A DNA stretch of 64,000 nucleotides from Burkholderiales bacterium (GCA_036555035.1 DATBMB010000174.1:7045-71044), one strand, 5' to 3'; shown: positions 10,214-20,111, counted from the first letter of the stretch. Notes: generated by a model from the sequence alone, not told the origin. A program made the numbers and translations.

Positions 10214-11164
10214 TCAAGCCTGCAGCGCAGCCAGGATCTCGCCCGCGCCTTGCGCCTTGAGGGCCGCGGCGAGCGTTGCGCCGAGCGCTTCCGGATCGCG
10301 CGCGGCCCCCTTCAGCTCGCCGCTCACCACGCGCGAGCCGTCGGGCGCGCCCACGAATCCGCGCAGCCGCAGCGTGCGGCCTTCCGCCTCCGCGTAGGCC
10401 CCGAGCGGGACATTGCAGCTGCCCGAGAGCGCGCGCGAGAAGGCACGCTCCGCGGTGACGCATCGCGCCGTGGCCGCATGATGGAGCCCCTGGAGGCATT
10501 CGAGCAGGTCGGTGCGCCGGGAGAGGCACTCCACACCGAGCGCGCCCTGCCCCGGCGCGGGCAGGCTTTCCGAAGGCGGGAGGAGGCGCGTGATGCGGTC
10601 CTCCAACCCGAGTCGCTTCAGCCCCGCGGCGGCGAGTATCACGGCATCATAGTTGCCGGCGTCGAGCTTCGCGAGCCGCGTCGTGACGTTGCCGCGCAGC
10701 GGCTCGATCCGCACCCCCGGGTGGCGCGCGCGCAACTGGCACGCGCGGCGCAGGCTGGAGGTGCCGACGCGCGCACCGGCCGGCAGCGCGGCGAGATCGG
10801 GATAGCGCTTGGAGACGAAAGCGTCGCGCGGGTCCTCGCGCTCGCCGATCGCCGCCAGGGCAAATTCCCGCTCGAGCGTCATCGGCAGGTCCTTCACCGA
10901 GTGGACCGCGATATCGGCGCGCCCGTCCGCCAGCGCCTGCTCGAGCTCCTTGACGAACAGCCCCTTGCCGCCGATGGCTGCGAGCGGCGCATCGAGCCGG
11001 CGGTCGCCTTCCGTGGTGAGCCCGAGTATGCGGATCTCCAGGCCCGGGAAGAGCGCCGCGAGCCTCGCCTCGATGTGGCGCGCCTGCCACAGCGCCAGCG
11101 CCGATTCGCGCGAGGCGATCACGATGCGCCGCGGTGCGTCCATCCTGGCTCTCGCCCCCGGCAT
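10214..11164 (-). CDS. hemC: hydroxymethylbilane synthase (porphobilinogen deaminase)
   Basis: It carries [33 protein letters not shown] and the cofactor-Cys region [13 protein letters not shown]. The start could instead be the internal ATG at 11143. Confidence 0.94.
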   Translation of the reverse strand: MPGARARMDAPRRIVIASRESALALWQARHIEARLAALFPGLEIRILGLTTEGDRRLDAPLAAIGGKGLFVKELEQALADGRADIAVHSVKDLPMTLEREFALAAIGEREDPRDAFVSKRYPDLAALPAGARVGTSSLRRACQLRARHPGVRIEPLRGNVTTRLAKLDAGNYDAVILAAAGLKRLGLEDRITRLLPPSESLPAPGQGALGVECLSRRTDLLECLQGLHHAATARCVTAERAFSRALSGSCNVPLGAYAEAEGRTLRLRGFVGAPDGSRVVSGELKGAARDPEALGATLAAALKAQGAGEILAALQA

Positions 11165-11181
11165 GCCGCTCGCGGTGCCTT

Positions 11182-11955
11182 TCAGCCTGCGAAGCGCCCG
11201 CTCTTGCCGAGCTCGCGCACGATGTGCTGCTGGCGACGGCTGACCGCGACGCGCTCGTCTACGCCCTCGAGCAGCACTTCCCAGTGCGCCTCGCCGTCCT
11301 TCATCGTGCGCTCGAAGCCGCGTACGGCCGCGCGCGCCACCAGGCAGTTGCGGTGTGCGCGCACGAAGCGCTCGCCGAACTCCTCCTCGAGCTTGGTCAA
11401 CGCCTCCTCGATCAGGTACTCGCGCTCCGCCGTGCGCACCGTCACGTACTTCAGCTCGGCCTTGAGGTAGATCACGTCCTTGACCGGGATCAGGTGCACC
11501 TTTCCGCGCTCCTGGGCGGAGAGGTGCGTGCGCGCCGCGCGGGCGATCGCCTCCGGCACCTCGCGCCGCGGCGCGGCAGCCGCGCGCGCGAGCGCCTCCT
11601 TCAGGCGCGCGAGCCGGATGGGCTTGAGCAGGTAGTCGACCGCGTTCACCTCGAACGCGCGGATCGCGTAGGCATCGTATGCGGTCGCGAACACGACCGC
11701 CGGCGGCTCCTCGAGCTTCTGCAGGTGCTGCGCGACCTCGATGCCGTCCATCTCCGGCATGCGGACATCGAGCAGCACGATGTCCGCGGGCTCGGCGGCG
11801 AGCAGCTCGATCGCCGCGGGCCCGCTCTCGGCCTCGCCCGCGACCACCAGGGGCAGCTCGGCGCCGCAGTCGGCGAGGAGCTCCCGCAGCCGCGAGCGCG
11901 CGGGGGCCTCGTCGTCCACGATCACGATCTTGAGCGGCGGTTTCTCTTCACTCAT
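11182..11955 (-). CDS. algR: LytTR-family response regulator (AlgR-like)
   Basis: The receiver domain shows [15 protein letters not shown] and [14 protein letters not shown], and the C-terminus is a LytTR DNA-binding domain. The start at 11955 (MSEEKPPLK) overlaps the kinase stop by 8 nt. Synteny kinase-RR-hemC with divergent argH matches Pseudomonas fimS/algR. Confidence 0.85.
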   Translation of the reverse strand: MSEEKPPLKIVIVDDEAPARSRLRELLADCGAELPLVVAGEAESGPAAIELLAAEPADIVLLDVRMPEMDGIEVAQHLQKLEEPPAVVFATAYDAYAIRAFEVNAVDYLLKPIRLARLKEALARAAAAPRREVPEAIARAARTHLSAQERGKVHLIPVKDVIYLKAELKYVTVRTAEREYLIEEALTKLEEEFGERFVRAHRNCLVARAAVRGFERTMKDGEAHWEVLLEGVDERVAVSRRQQHIVRELGKSGRFAG

Positions 11956-12997
11956 GGACCGGCGCCCGCGCCTCCTCCTGCGCATCGTCGTCCTTGACAT
12001 ACGGCATCACGATGCGAACCTCGTAATGATCCGCGCCCTCCCGCGTGGAGAGACTCGCCTCGGCGTCGAAGTGCAGCGCGAGCCGCTCGCGGATGTTCGC
12101 GAGCGCCATGCGGTTGCCGCCGTGACGGTCGCCGTCGGCACGGTAGGGATTGCGCAGCACTGCGTGCAGCTCGTCGCCCACGGCGGCGATGTTGATGACG
12201 ATCGTGCCGGGCCCGATGCGCGGCTCGATGCCATGATAGACCGCATTCTCCAGCAGCGGCTGCAGGACGAGCGGCGGCACCAGGGCGTCGCGCGGCATCG
12301 CGTCGAGCTGCCATTCGACCCGCAGGCGCCCGCCGAGCCGCAAATGCTCGATGCCGAGGTACTGGCGGCATAGCTCCAGCTCGCGCGTGAGGGGGGTCAG
12401 CTCCCGGTTGTCGGCCATCAGCACGCGGAAGAGCTCCGCCATGTCCTCCAGCGCGAGCTCGGCGCGCCGCGGGTCCTGGCGGATCAGCGACAGCGCCGCA
12501 TTGATGCTGTTGAACAGGAAATGGGGGCGGATGCGCGCCTGCAGCGCCTGCAGGCGCGCTTCCGCCAGCGCCGGCGACAAGGCTCGCCCGCGCAGGTGGA
12601 AGTAGCCGAGCATGGCGAGGGTCGTGATCCCGACAAGCAGCAGGTAGCGCCCGAGCGGCGCCGGCGACTGGCCGAGGAGCGCCCGCCCCTCGAAGTAGAA
12701 CGCGCTCGTCAGGACGAGCTCCAGCGCCAGCACCGAGGCCGCCCCGAGCCAGTAGGGAAGGGCGCGCAGGGCGCCGGAGAGCCCCGCGAGCGCCAGCACC
12801 GAGAGCACCAGCAGCGGCTCGACGAGCGCGGCGGACTCGACGAACTCGCGCCACGCCCCGAGCATATCGGGGCCCTTCACGATCGCCGCAGCGGCGGCGA
12901 CGAAGTTGCCGAACAGCAGGATGCGCAGCATGATGCCGAGGTTGCGGAAGTTCGGCAGGGCGCCCGAGTAGGCATTTTGATTTATACTGCGCGCCAC
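11948..12997 (-). CDS. algZ: LytS/AlgZ(FimS)-type sensor histidine kinase
   Basis: 349 aa with a multi-TM N-terminus. It has the PF06580-type H-box [16 protein letters not shown] and the N-box [15 protein letters not shown]. Confidence 0.82.
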   Translation of the reverse strand: MARSINQNAYSGALPNFRNLGIMLRILLFGNFVAAAAAIVKGPDMLGAWREFVESAALVEPLLVLSVLALAGLSGALRALPYWLGAASVLALELVLTSAFYFEGRALLGQSPAPLGRYLLLVGITTLAMLGYFHLRGRALSPALAEARLQALQARIRPHFLFNSINAALSLIRQDPRRAELALEDMAELFRVLMADNRELTPLTRELELCRQYLGIEHLRLGGRLRVEWQLDAMPRDALVPPLVLQPLLENAVYHGIEPRIGPGTIVINIAAVGDELHAVLRNPYRADGDRHGGNRMALANIRERLALHFDAEASLSTREGADHYEVRIVMPYVKDDDAQEEARAPVHE

Positions 12998-13018
12998 TCT
13001 CGAATTCTAGCAGTCTGC

Positions 13019-14413
13019 ATGTCCGCCAACGACAAGACGCGGAAGGAGCCCTGGTCGGGACGGTTCGCCGAGCCCGCGACCGGGCTCGTGCAGCGCTTCA
13101 CCGCGTCGGTCGCCTTCGACCGCAGGCTCGCCGCGTACGACATCGAGGCCTCCCTCGCCCACGCCCGCATGCTCGCCGCAGCCGGCGTGATCAGCAAGAC
13201 CGATCTGGCGGCGATCGAGAATGGGCTCGCGCAGATCCGCTCCGAGATCGAGGCCGGCGCGTTTCAATGGTCCGAGGCGCACGAGGACGTGCATCGCAAT
13301 ATCGAGCTGCGCCTGATCGGGCTCGCGGGCGAGCCCGGCAAGCGGCTGCACACGGGCCGCTCGCGCAACGACCAGGTCGCGACCGACCTGCGGCTCTACC
13401 TGCGCGCCGCAATCGACCAGGCGGCCGCGCTGGTGAAGTCCCTGCAGCGCGCCGTGCTCGATCTCGCCGAGAGCCACGCCGAGACGGTGATGCCGGGCTA
13501 CACGCACCTGCAGGTGGCTCAGCCGGTCACCTTCGGGCACCACCTGCTCGCGTACTTCGAGATGCTCGCGCGCGACGCCCAGCGACTTGCCGAGTGCCGC
13601 GGCCGCGTGAACCGCCTGCCGCTCGGCGCGGCCGCGCTCGCGGGGACATCGTTCCCGATCGACCGCCAGCGCGTCGCCCGGGAGCTCGGCTTCGAGGGGC
13701 TGTGCGAGAACTCGATCGACGCCGTCTCCGACCGCGACTTCGCGATCGAGTTCTGCGCGTGCGCCGCGCTCACGATGACGCATCTCTCGCGCTTCTGCGA
13801 GGAGCTGATCCTCTGGGCCAACCCGCGCTTCGGCTTCGTCGAGATCGGCGACGGCTTCGCGACCGGCTCCTCGATCATGCCGCAGAAGCGCAATCCCGAT
13901 GTGGCGGAGCTGATCCGCGGCAAGACCGGGCGAGTCAACGGCCACCTGGTGGCGCTCCTCACCCTCATGAAGGGGCAGCCGCTCGCGTACAACCGCGACA
14001 ACCAGGAGGACAAGGAGCCGCTCTTCGACGCGGTGGACACGCTGACCGCGTGCCTCGCCGTGCTCGCGGAGATGCTCGGCGGCATCAAGGTCAATCGCGA
14101 GGCGATGGCGGCCGCGGCGCGGGAGGGCCACGCCACGGCCACCGATCTCGCCGAATACCTGGTGCGCAAGGGTGTGGCCTTCCGCGAGGCACACGAGGCG
14201 GTCGCGCAGGCGGTGCGCTTCGCCGAGTCGCGCAACTGCGGTCTGTCCGACCTGAAGCTCCCCGAGCTGCAGCGCTTCTCCTCCGCGATCGCCCAGGATG
14301 TCTACGACGCGCTGACGCTCGAGGGATCATTGAAGAGCCGCAGCCATCCGGGCGGCACGGCGCCGGTCCGCGTGAAAGCGGCGATCGCGAAGGCGCGGAA
14401 ATCGCTCGGTTGA
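13019..14413 (+). CDS. argH: argininosuccinate lyase
   Basis: The in-frame ATG at 13019 gives [19 protein letters not shown]... It carries the fumarate-lyase signature [16 protein letters not shown] and [16 protein letters not shown]. The 166-codon upstream extension in the track overlaps algZ and is Arg-rich junk. Confidence 0.95.
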   Translation: MSANDKTRKEPWSGRFAEPATGLVQRFTASVAFDRRLAAYDIEASLAHARMLAAAGVISKTDLAAIENGLAQIRSEIEAGAFQWSEAHEDVHRNIELRLIGLAGEPGKRLHTGRSRNDQVATDLRLYLRAAIDQAAALVKSLQRAVLDLAESHAETVMPGYTHLQVAQPVTFGHHLLAYFEMLARDAQRLAECRGRVNRLPLGAAALAGTSFPIDRQRVARELGFEGLCENSIDAVSDRDFAIEFCACAALTMTHLSRFCEELILWANPRFGFVEIGDGFATGSSIMPQKRNPDVAELIRGKTGRVNGHLVALLTLMKGQPLAYNRDNQEDKEPLFDAVDTLTACLAVLAEMLGGIKVNREAMAAAAREGHATATDLAEYLVRKGVAFREAHEAVAQAVRFAESRNCGLSDLKLPELQRFSSAIAQDVYDALTLEGSLKSRSHPGGTAPVRVKAAIAKARKSLG

Positions 14414-14434
14414 GGCGCCCCCTCGCGCCTGAAG

Positions 14435-15316
14435 ATGGGTCCCTGGCGCGACGTCGAGCGCTCGATCCGCGAGGCGACGGGGTCGCCCTTCACCATCGAA
14501 GCGCGCGCCGGCATCGGGGGCGGCTGCATCAACGAGTGCTACGTCGTCCGCGGCGGGGACCGCGCCTGGTTCGTGAAGGTGAATGCCGCCTCCCGCGCGG
14601 AAATGTTCGCGGCCGAGGCGGACGGCCTTGCCGAGATGGCGCGCGCCGCGACGGTGCGCGTGCCGCGTCCGCTGTGCCACGGCGCCGATGAGAACGCGAG
14701 CTGGCTCGTGCTCGAGCACCTCGAGCTGCGCCCGGGCGATGACCGGAGCATGCGCGTGCTGGGCCGGAACCTCGCGCGCCTGCACCGCGTGACGGGCCCG
14801 CGCTACGGCTGGCACCGCGACAACACCATCGGCGCCACGCCGCAGGTCAATACCGGGTCAGGCGACTGGATCGCGTTCTGGCGCAGCCGCAGGCTCGGCT
14901 TCCAGCTCGAGCTCGCGCAATCGCGGGGCCACGGCGGGCGCCTCATCGCGGCAGGCGAGCGCCTGCTCGAGGCACTGCCAGCGTTTTTCCGCGGCCATGC
15001 GCCGCCGCCGTCGCTGCTGCACGGGGACCTGTGGTCGGGCAACGCCGGCCAGACGCCCGACGGGGAACCGGTCATCTATGATCCCGCCGTCTACTACGGC
15101 GACCGCGAAGCCGACCTCGCGATGACGGAGCTCTTCGGCGGCTTTCCGCAGTCCTTCTACGACGCCTACCGCGCGGAATTCCCGCTCGATGCCGGATACG
15201 AGACGCGCAAGCACCTCTACAACCTCTACCACGTGCTCAACCACTTGAACCTCTTCGGCAGGGGCTACGGCGTGCAGGCGCAGCGGATGATCGACCAGCT
15301 CCTCGCTGCTGCGTAA
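14435..15316 (+). CDS. fructosamine/ketosamine kinase family protein
   Basis: 293 aa. It has the catalytic motif LLHGDLWSGN and the C-terminal YNLYHVLNHLNLFG typical of the fructosamine-3-kinase family. Confidence 0.85.
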   Translation: MGPWRDVERSIREATGSPFTIEARAGIGGGCINECYVVRGGDRAWFVKVNAASRAEMFAAEADGLAEMARAATVRVPRPLCHGADENASWLVLEHLELRPGDDRSMRVLGRNLARLHRVTGPRYGWHRDNTIGATPQVNTGSGDWIAFWRSRRLGFQLELAQSRGHGGRLIAAGERLLEALPAFFRGHAPPPSLLHGDLWSGNAGQTPDGEPVIYDPAVYYGDREADLAMTELFGGFPQSFYDAYRAEFPLDAGYETRKHLYNLYHVLNHLNLFGRGYGVQAQRMIDQLLAAA

Positions 15317-15323
15317 CGCTCCG

Positions 15324-15443
15324 CTCCTGCCCGAGGGTGAGCCGGGAATTCGAGGAGCATGCCTCCGAGCCGGCGAACGCCCGACGCGATGCAGCGCGGC
15401 GGGACGGACGGGGTCGCACCGAAGGTGACGGGGTGGTGGGAGT
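15324..15443 (+). repeat. 120-nt dispersed intergenic repeat, copy 1 (partner at 32769..32886)
   Basis: My hand alignment with 32769..32886 gives 105 identical positions of 120 columns, in the same orientation. The element fills the gap between two convergent genes. Confidence 0.85.
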
Positions 15444-15445
15444 TG

Positions 15446-16474
15446 TCAGCGCAAGGGCGCAGCCGTGCTCGCCCGCACGACCAGCTTGACCGGCAGCTCG
15501 GTGCGGCTCTCGACCGGTCTCCCCGCGAGCCGCGCCAGCAGGTGCTGTCCCGCGAGGCTGCCCAGCTCCGCCGTCGGGAAATGCACGGTCGTCAACGCGG
15601 GCGTCACGACCGCGGCCATCTCGAGGTCGTCGAATCCGGTCACCGAGACCTCGCGCGGGACCGCGAGCCCCTGCGCCTGGCACTCCGCGAGCGCGCCGAT
15701 CGCGAGCACGTCGTTGCCGCAGACGACGGCGGTGGGCCGCGGCGAGCCGCGCAGGATCTCGCGCAGACCCTCGCGCCCCGCGGTCAGGGCGTAGGGCTTC
15801 TCGACGACGCGCCCGGGGGCCAGCGCGATGCCGCGCGCGGCGAGCGCCTGGCGCACGCCTTCGAGCCGCTCCGCCGCGCGCTCGTTGCCGGCGGTGATGC
15901 CCGAGATCATGCCCAGCTCGCGGTGCCCGAGCTCGAGCAGGTGGCGCGCGATCACTTCCCCCGCGGCCCGGTTGTCGAAGCCGATGCAGGGATGCCGTCC
16001 CGCCGCGTCGAGCGCCCAAGTGAGGACGTAGGGGATCTGGTGCAGGTCGATCATCTGCAGCACGCCCGGGTGGTGCGTCGCGCCGAGCAGCACGAGCCCG
16101 TCCACGCCGCGCTCGATCAGGGCGCGCGTCAGGCGCGCTTCCACCTCGGCGTCGAATTCGTGGCTCGCGAGGAGCAGCGTATAGCCGGCGTCGTCGAGGG
16201 TCTTCTGCAGGGCATGGGCGGTGTGAGCGAAGATCGCGTTGTCGAGCGTCGGGATGACCGCGCCGATGGTGCGGGTGCGGCGCGAGGCGAGCGCGCGCGC
16301 TGCCCCGTGCGCAACGTAGCCCAGCGCCTGAACGGCCTGCCGGATGCGCGCGGCGGTGGCCGACTTGACCTTATCGGGTTGCGTCAGCGCGCGCGAGACG
16401 GTGGCGGTGGAAACGCCGGCGAGCCGCGCGACGTCGGCCAGCTTGGCGGTCTTGCGTATGGGACCTCGGTCCAC
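15446..16474 (-). CDS. LacI-family transcriptional regulator
   Basis: 342 aa. The N-terminal HTH is KLADVARLAGVSTATVSRAL, followed by a periplasmic-binding-protein-like sugar-binding fold. Confidence 0.92.
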   Translation of the reverse strand: MDRGPIRKTAKLADVARLAGVSTATVSRALTQPDKVKSATAARIRQAVQALGYVAHGAARALASRRTRTIGAVIPTLDNAIFAHTAHALQKTLDDAGYTLLLASHEFDAEVEARLTRALIERGVDGLVLLGATHHPGVLQMIDLHQIPYVLTWALDAAGRHPCIGFDNRAAGEVIARHLLELGHRELGMISGITAGNERAAERLEGVRQALAARGIALAPGRVVEKPYALTAGREGLREILRGSPRPTAVVCGNDVLAIGALAECQAQGLAVPREVSVTGFDDLEMAAVVTPALTTVHFPTAELGSLAGQHLLARLAGRPVESRTELPVKLVVRASTAAPLR

Positions 16475-16508
16475 CCGGGTGGAGCCCCCCAGTTAGCGCT
16501 CACTCACC

Positions 16509-16536
16509 AAAAAAGCCGGCGCGGGGCCGGCTTTTT
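16509..16536 (-). terminator. rho-independent terminator downstream of the Xsc-like gene
   Basis: The sequence is AAAAAAGCCGGC-GCGGG-GCCGGCTTTTT: a 7-bp GC stem flanked by an A-run and a T-run, located 22 nt after the stop at 16559. Confidence 0.7.
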
Positions 16537-16558
16537 CTCGTTTCCGATCAAGCATCTT

Positions 16559-18334
16559 TCAACGGTACTCTTTCGCGCTGAACCGACGGTACTTGGGCAG
16601 CAGCCGGCGCGGCTTGCGAAACGCGTCGCGGCGGAACGGCTCGCCCAGCTCCTGCGTGAGCAGGATCTCGACCACCGAGGGCTTGCCGGAGCGCAGCGCC
16701 GCCTTGAGCGCGTCGGACACCTCGTCCTCGTGCTCCACGCGGTAGCCCTCCGCCCCCATCACGCGCGCCACTTCCGAGAAATCCGGGTTGGCGAGGTTCG
16801 TTCCGACGAACCGGTTGTCGAAGTAGTCGATCTGGTTTTTCTTCTCCGCGCCCCACTGGCCGTTGTTGAACACCACCGCGACCGCCGGGATCTTCTCCTT
16901 GACCGCGGTCATCACCTCGGCGAGGCTCATCCCCCAGGCGCCGTCGCCCACGTAGGCAATCGCCGGGCGCTCCGGCCGCGCGACCTTGGCGCCGAGCGCC
17001 GTCGGGTACGCGTAGCCGCAGTTGCCCCAGCTCATCGCCGCAAGGAAGGAGAGCGGCTGCTCGAAGCGCAGGTAGCTGTTGGCGACCGAGCACACGTTGC
17101 CGATGTCGGTGGAAACCATGGCGTTCCTGGGAAGCGCCTTCGCGAGCTGCGTGAGCGCGCGGCGCGGACCGATCTGGCCCTTCTTGTTGGGCGAGTGCCA
17201 GTTGGCGAGCTCGGCGATCCATGCTTCCTTTTCGCGCAACACCTCCGCGAGCCGGTTGCGGTCGGGCTTTCTCGCCCCGCGCGCCTTCAGGCGCTTCAGC
17301 AGCTCCTGTGCCGCGAGCCCCGCGTCACCCTGGATTGCGAGCGAGACCTTCTTCACGAGGCCCAGGGTGCGATGGTCGGCGTCGATCTGGATGATCTTCG
17401 CCTCTTTCGGCCAGTAGTCGATGCCGTGCTGCGGCAGCGTGCCGAAGGGTCCCAGGCGCGTGCCCAGGGCGAGCACGACGTCGGCGCGCGAGATGACGCG
17501 CATCGCAGCCTTCGAGCCCTGGTATCCCAGCGGACCGCAGGACAACGGGTGGCTCGCCGGGAACGAGTCGTTGTGGAGGTAGGAGTTGACGACCGGCGCG
17601 GTGAGATGCTCGGCGAGCGCCTTCACGTCATCGATGCCGTCCGCCATCACGACGCCGCCGCCCGAGACGATGACGGGGAACTTCGCCTCGGCGAGCATCT
17701 TCGCCGCCTTGTCGAGCGAGCCCGTCCCGCCCGCGGCGCGCTCGATGACAAGCGGCGGCAGGATCTCGTAGTCGCCCTCGCCGTAGAAGTAGTCGCGCGG
17801 GATGTTGACCTGGACCGGCCCGCGCTCGTGCAGCGCGATAGTGAAGGCGCGGTGCATCAGCTCGGCCATGCGCAGGGGCGAGTTCACGTGCACCTGCCAC
17901 TTGGTGATCTTGGAGAAGATCGGCATCTGCTCCGTTTCCTGGAAGCCGCCGTGGCCCGCCGTGAGACTTCCCGACTCCGGTGTCACGACCACCATCGGCG
18001 TGTGCGCCCAGTAGGCCGCCGCCACCGCGGTCACGAAATTGGTGATGCCGGGGCCGTTCTGCGCAATGCACACGGTCGGCCGGTTGGTGACGCGCCCGTA
18101 GCCGTCGGCCATGTGCGCGGCGTTCTGCTCGTGCGCGACGCTGACGAGCCGGATGCCCGCGCCCGGGAAGAGGTCGAGGGCGTCCATGTACGCCGAGCCG
18201 ACGATCCCGAACACGTCCTTCACCTTGTGCGCCACCAGTGTTTCGATGAACGCTTCCGAAGGCGTCATGCGCACCTTCGCGCCCGCGGGCCGTGCGGTCG
18301 CAGTCAGATTTTTCGCGTCAGTCATGATGTTCAT
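16559..18334 (-). CDS. xsc: thiamine-diphosphate enzyme, sulfoacetaldehyde acetyltransferase (Xsc)-like
   Basis: 591 aa. It has the TPP motif GDGAWGMS...NNGQWGAEKKNQ. It also has MTPSEAFIETL, NIPRDYFYGE, GYQGSKAAM and ELGEPFRRDA, which I recall as Xsc hallmarks. Assignment within the ALS/Xsc superfamily needs a database check. Confidence 0.62.
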   Translation of the reverse strand: MNIMTDAKNLTATARPAGAKVRMTPSEAFIETLVAHKVKDVFGIVGSAYMDALDLFPGAGIRLVSVAHEQNAAHMADGYGRVTNRPTVCIAQNGPGITNFVTAVAAAYWAHTPMVVVTPESGSLTAGHGGFQETEQMPIFSKITKWQVHVNSPLRMAELMHRAFTIALHERGPVQVNIPRDYFYGEGDYEILPPLVIERAAGGTGSLDKAAKMLAEAKFPVIVSGGGVVMADGIDDVKALAEHLTAPVVNSYLHNDSFPASHPLSCGPLGYQGSKAAMRVISRADVVLALGTRLGPFGTLPQHGIDYWPKEAKIIQIDADHRTLGLVKKVSLAIQGDAGLAAQELLKRLKARGARKPDRNRLAEVLREKEAWIAELANWHSPNKKGQIGPRRALTQLAKALPRNAMVSTDIGNVCSVANSYLRFEQPLSFLAAMSWGNCGYAYPTALGAKVARPERPAIAYVGDGAWGMSLAEVMTAVKEKIPAVAVVFNNGQWGAEKKNQIDYFDNRFVGTNLANPDFSEVARVMGAEGYRVEHEDEVSDALKAALRSGKPSVVEILLTQELGEPFRRDAFRKPRRLLPKYRRFSAKEYR

Positions 18335-18540
18335 GGAGACCCTCCAGTCGTGTGCCTCGGCGTGCCGCGGGTTGAGCGTAACCGAATTATTCTAAACAGG
18401 CATCCACCGCCTCTGCAAGCGCTTTCATTTATAAACGCAATTCATTGTTTCAACAGGATTTATCGACATTGACGGGATAAGCCTGTAAAAGACCCGGCGC
18501 ACCCTTCCCCGCAGTGTTGGGAAGGCCCTACGGGAAGGCC

Positions 18541-19257
18541 TCAGTCGCCGCCGAAGACGTCCCGATACGAGACGTAGACCGACGCGATCAGCGTGGGCCC
18601 CAGCACGAGCCAGCCAAGCCCCAGCGGGATCGACGCCACGATCCCCAACACCATCAGCACGATGCTGTAGACCAGGAACGGCAGGATGTTCTTCAGGCAG
18701 CCGAAAAAGCTCTCCTGGAGGGCGGCGACGGGCGCCATCCCGCGCAGCACCACCAGGGCAGGCGCGAACCAGAGCGCCATGTAGATCGGGATGCTGAGGG
18801 CAAGCGCCACCAGCCAGGCCAGCATGAAGCTGCCGCCCGCCGCCGCCGCTCCCGCGGCATCGCCGCGCAACACCCCCATGACGGCGCCCGTGCCGACGAT
18901 CAGGACCACCGGCACCATCACGATGATCCAGGCGCCGATGGCGAGGGCGCCGACCACGATGAGATTGCCCGTCTGCTCCTTGAATCCCGCGAAGAGGTGG
19001 GCGAGCTCGAGCTCGCCGCCGCCCTGGAGCGCCCTGCAGCCGAGCAGCAAGCCGCCGACGAAAACCGGCATCACCAGGAACGTGGCCACCGCACCCAGCA
19101 GGGGAATGAACGCGAGCACGATCAGGATGACGAACAGGATGACCACCGCCGCAATCCAGATGCCCGGGGCCTTCCTGAACAGGCCGAACCCCTCCGCGAT
19201 CCACGTCCAGCCCTGACCGGCGCCCACGGCGCGCCCACCCGTCACGCTCTCGCTCAT
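18541..19257 (-). CDS. polytopic inner-membrane protein of unknown function (BPSS1780/DUF2189-like by recollection)
   Basis: 238 aa with about 5-6 hydrophobic helices. It has the conserved-looking start GWTWIAEGFGLFRKAPGIW. No catalytic motif is recognisable. Confidence 0.6.
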   Translation of the reverse strand: MSESVTGGRAVGAGQGWTWIAEGFGLFRKAPGIWIAAVVILFVILIVLAFIPLLGAVATFLVMPVFVGGLLLGCRALQGGGELELAHLFAGFKEQTGNLIVVGALAIGAWIIVMVPVVLIVGTGAVMGVLRGDAAGAAAAGGSFMLAWLVALALSIPIYMALWFAPALVVLRGMAPVAALQESFFGCLKNILPFLVYSIVLMVLGIVASIPLGLGWLVLGPTLIASVYVSYRDVFGGD

Positions 19258-19337
19258 GGCGGCTCTCCTGATTGAGGTAAGGCGGAACCCATCGTAGTGG
19301 AATCGCCACCCTATGACAATCGGGTAAGCTGGAATCG

Positions 19338-20108
19338 ATGCTGACTGAATCGCTTTCCCTGACGCTCATGATCTGGGTGTCCTGCGCGGTGCTGGTCGCC
19401 GGCCTGTCCCAGGGGGCGCTCGGCTTCGGCTTCCCGTTCGTCGCCACGCCGCTGATCGCCATGGTGAGCGACATGCGCACCGCGATCGTCATCGTGCTGC
19501 TGCCGACGCTCGCGACAATCGGCGTTGCTCTGCTGGCGAGCGGCCCGTTGCGCGCGACGCTCGCGCGATTCTGGATGATGCCGCTCTACATGATTCTCGG
19601 GGCGGGCGTGGGCACCTGGGTGTTCGTATCCGCTCCCGATGCGCCCTATACGCTGGTGCTGGCGCTGCTGACGCTGCTCTATCTCAATCTTGACCGCCTG
19701 GGCCTCGCCAGCTGGCCTGTGGTGCGGCGCCATGAGCGCGCGTTCGGGCCGCTTGCTGGCGTTACCTCGGGCATTTTCGAGGGAACGGCGAATATCGCCG
19801 CGCCGCCCCTCATCGTCTACTACCTATCGCTCGGGCTCACGCCTGTCATGCTGGTGCAGGGGCTCAACATCTGTTTCCTGCTCGGGAAGTCGACCCAGTT
19901 TACGGTGCTCGCGACGCAGGGCGGTGTATCAATGGGCGAGTGGCTGGCGACGCTGCCTTTCGTCGTGGTCGGGGTCGCGGGCTCACTCATCGGCGTGCGC
20001 ATTCGCGATCGCATCGACGCCGTCACGTTTCGCGTCTGGGTCAAGCGCGCGCTGCTCGTGATCGCGCTGGGGCTGCTCGGCCAGTACGCCTGGTCGTTCT
20101 GGGCCTGA
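19338..20108 (+). CDS. TauE/SafE family sulfite/anion exporter
   Basis: 256 aa with 7-8 TM helices. The motif GLSQGALGFGFPFVATPLI and internal two-fold symmetry are typical of TauE/SafE (PF01925). Confidence 0.78.
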   Translation: MLTESLSLTLMIWVSCAVLVAGLSQGALGFGFPFVATPLIAMVSDMRTAIVIVLLPTLATIGVALLASGPLRATLARFWMMPLYMILGAGVGTWVFVSAPDAPYTLVLALLTLLYLNLDRLGLASWPVVRRHERAFGPLAGVTSGIFEGTANIAAPPLIVYYLSLGLTPVMLVQGLNICFLLGKSTQFTVLATQGGVSMGEWLATLPFVVVGVAGSLIGVRIRDRIDAVTFRVWVKRALLVIALGLLGQYAWSFWA

Positions 20109-20111
20109 AAA

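Noticed and set aside
12521-13018. A 166-codon N-terminal extension of argH in the ORF track.
   Set aside because: It overlaps algZ on the opposite strand and has no similarity to ArgH. The conserved ArgH N-terminus (..WSGRF..) begins just after the ATG at 13019.
15359-18472. A 1037-aa plus-strand ORF covering the LacI and Xsc-like loci.
   Set aside because: It is antisense to two genes with clear family motifs, it begins inside the 120-nt repeat, and its composition is typical of shadow ORFs.
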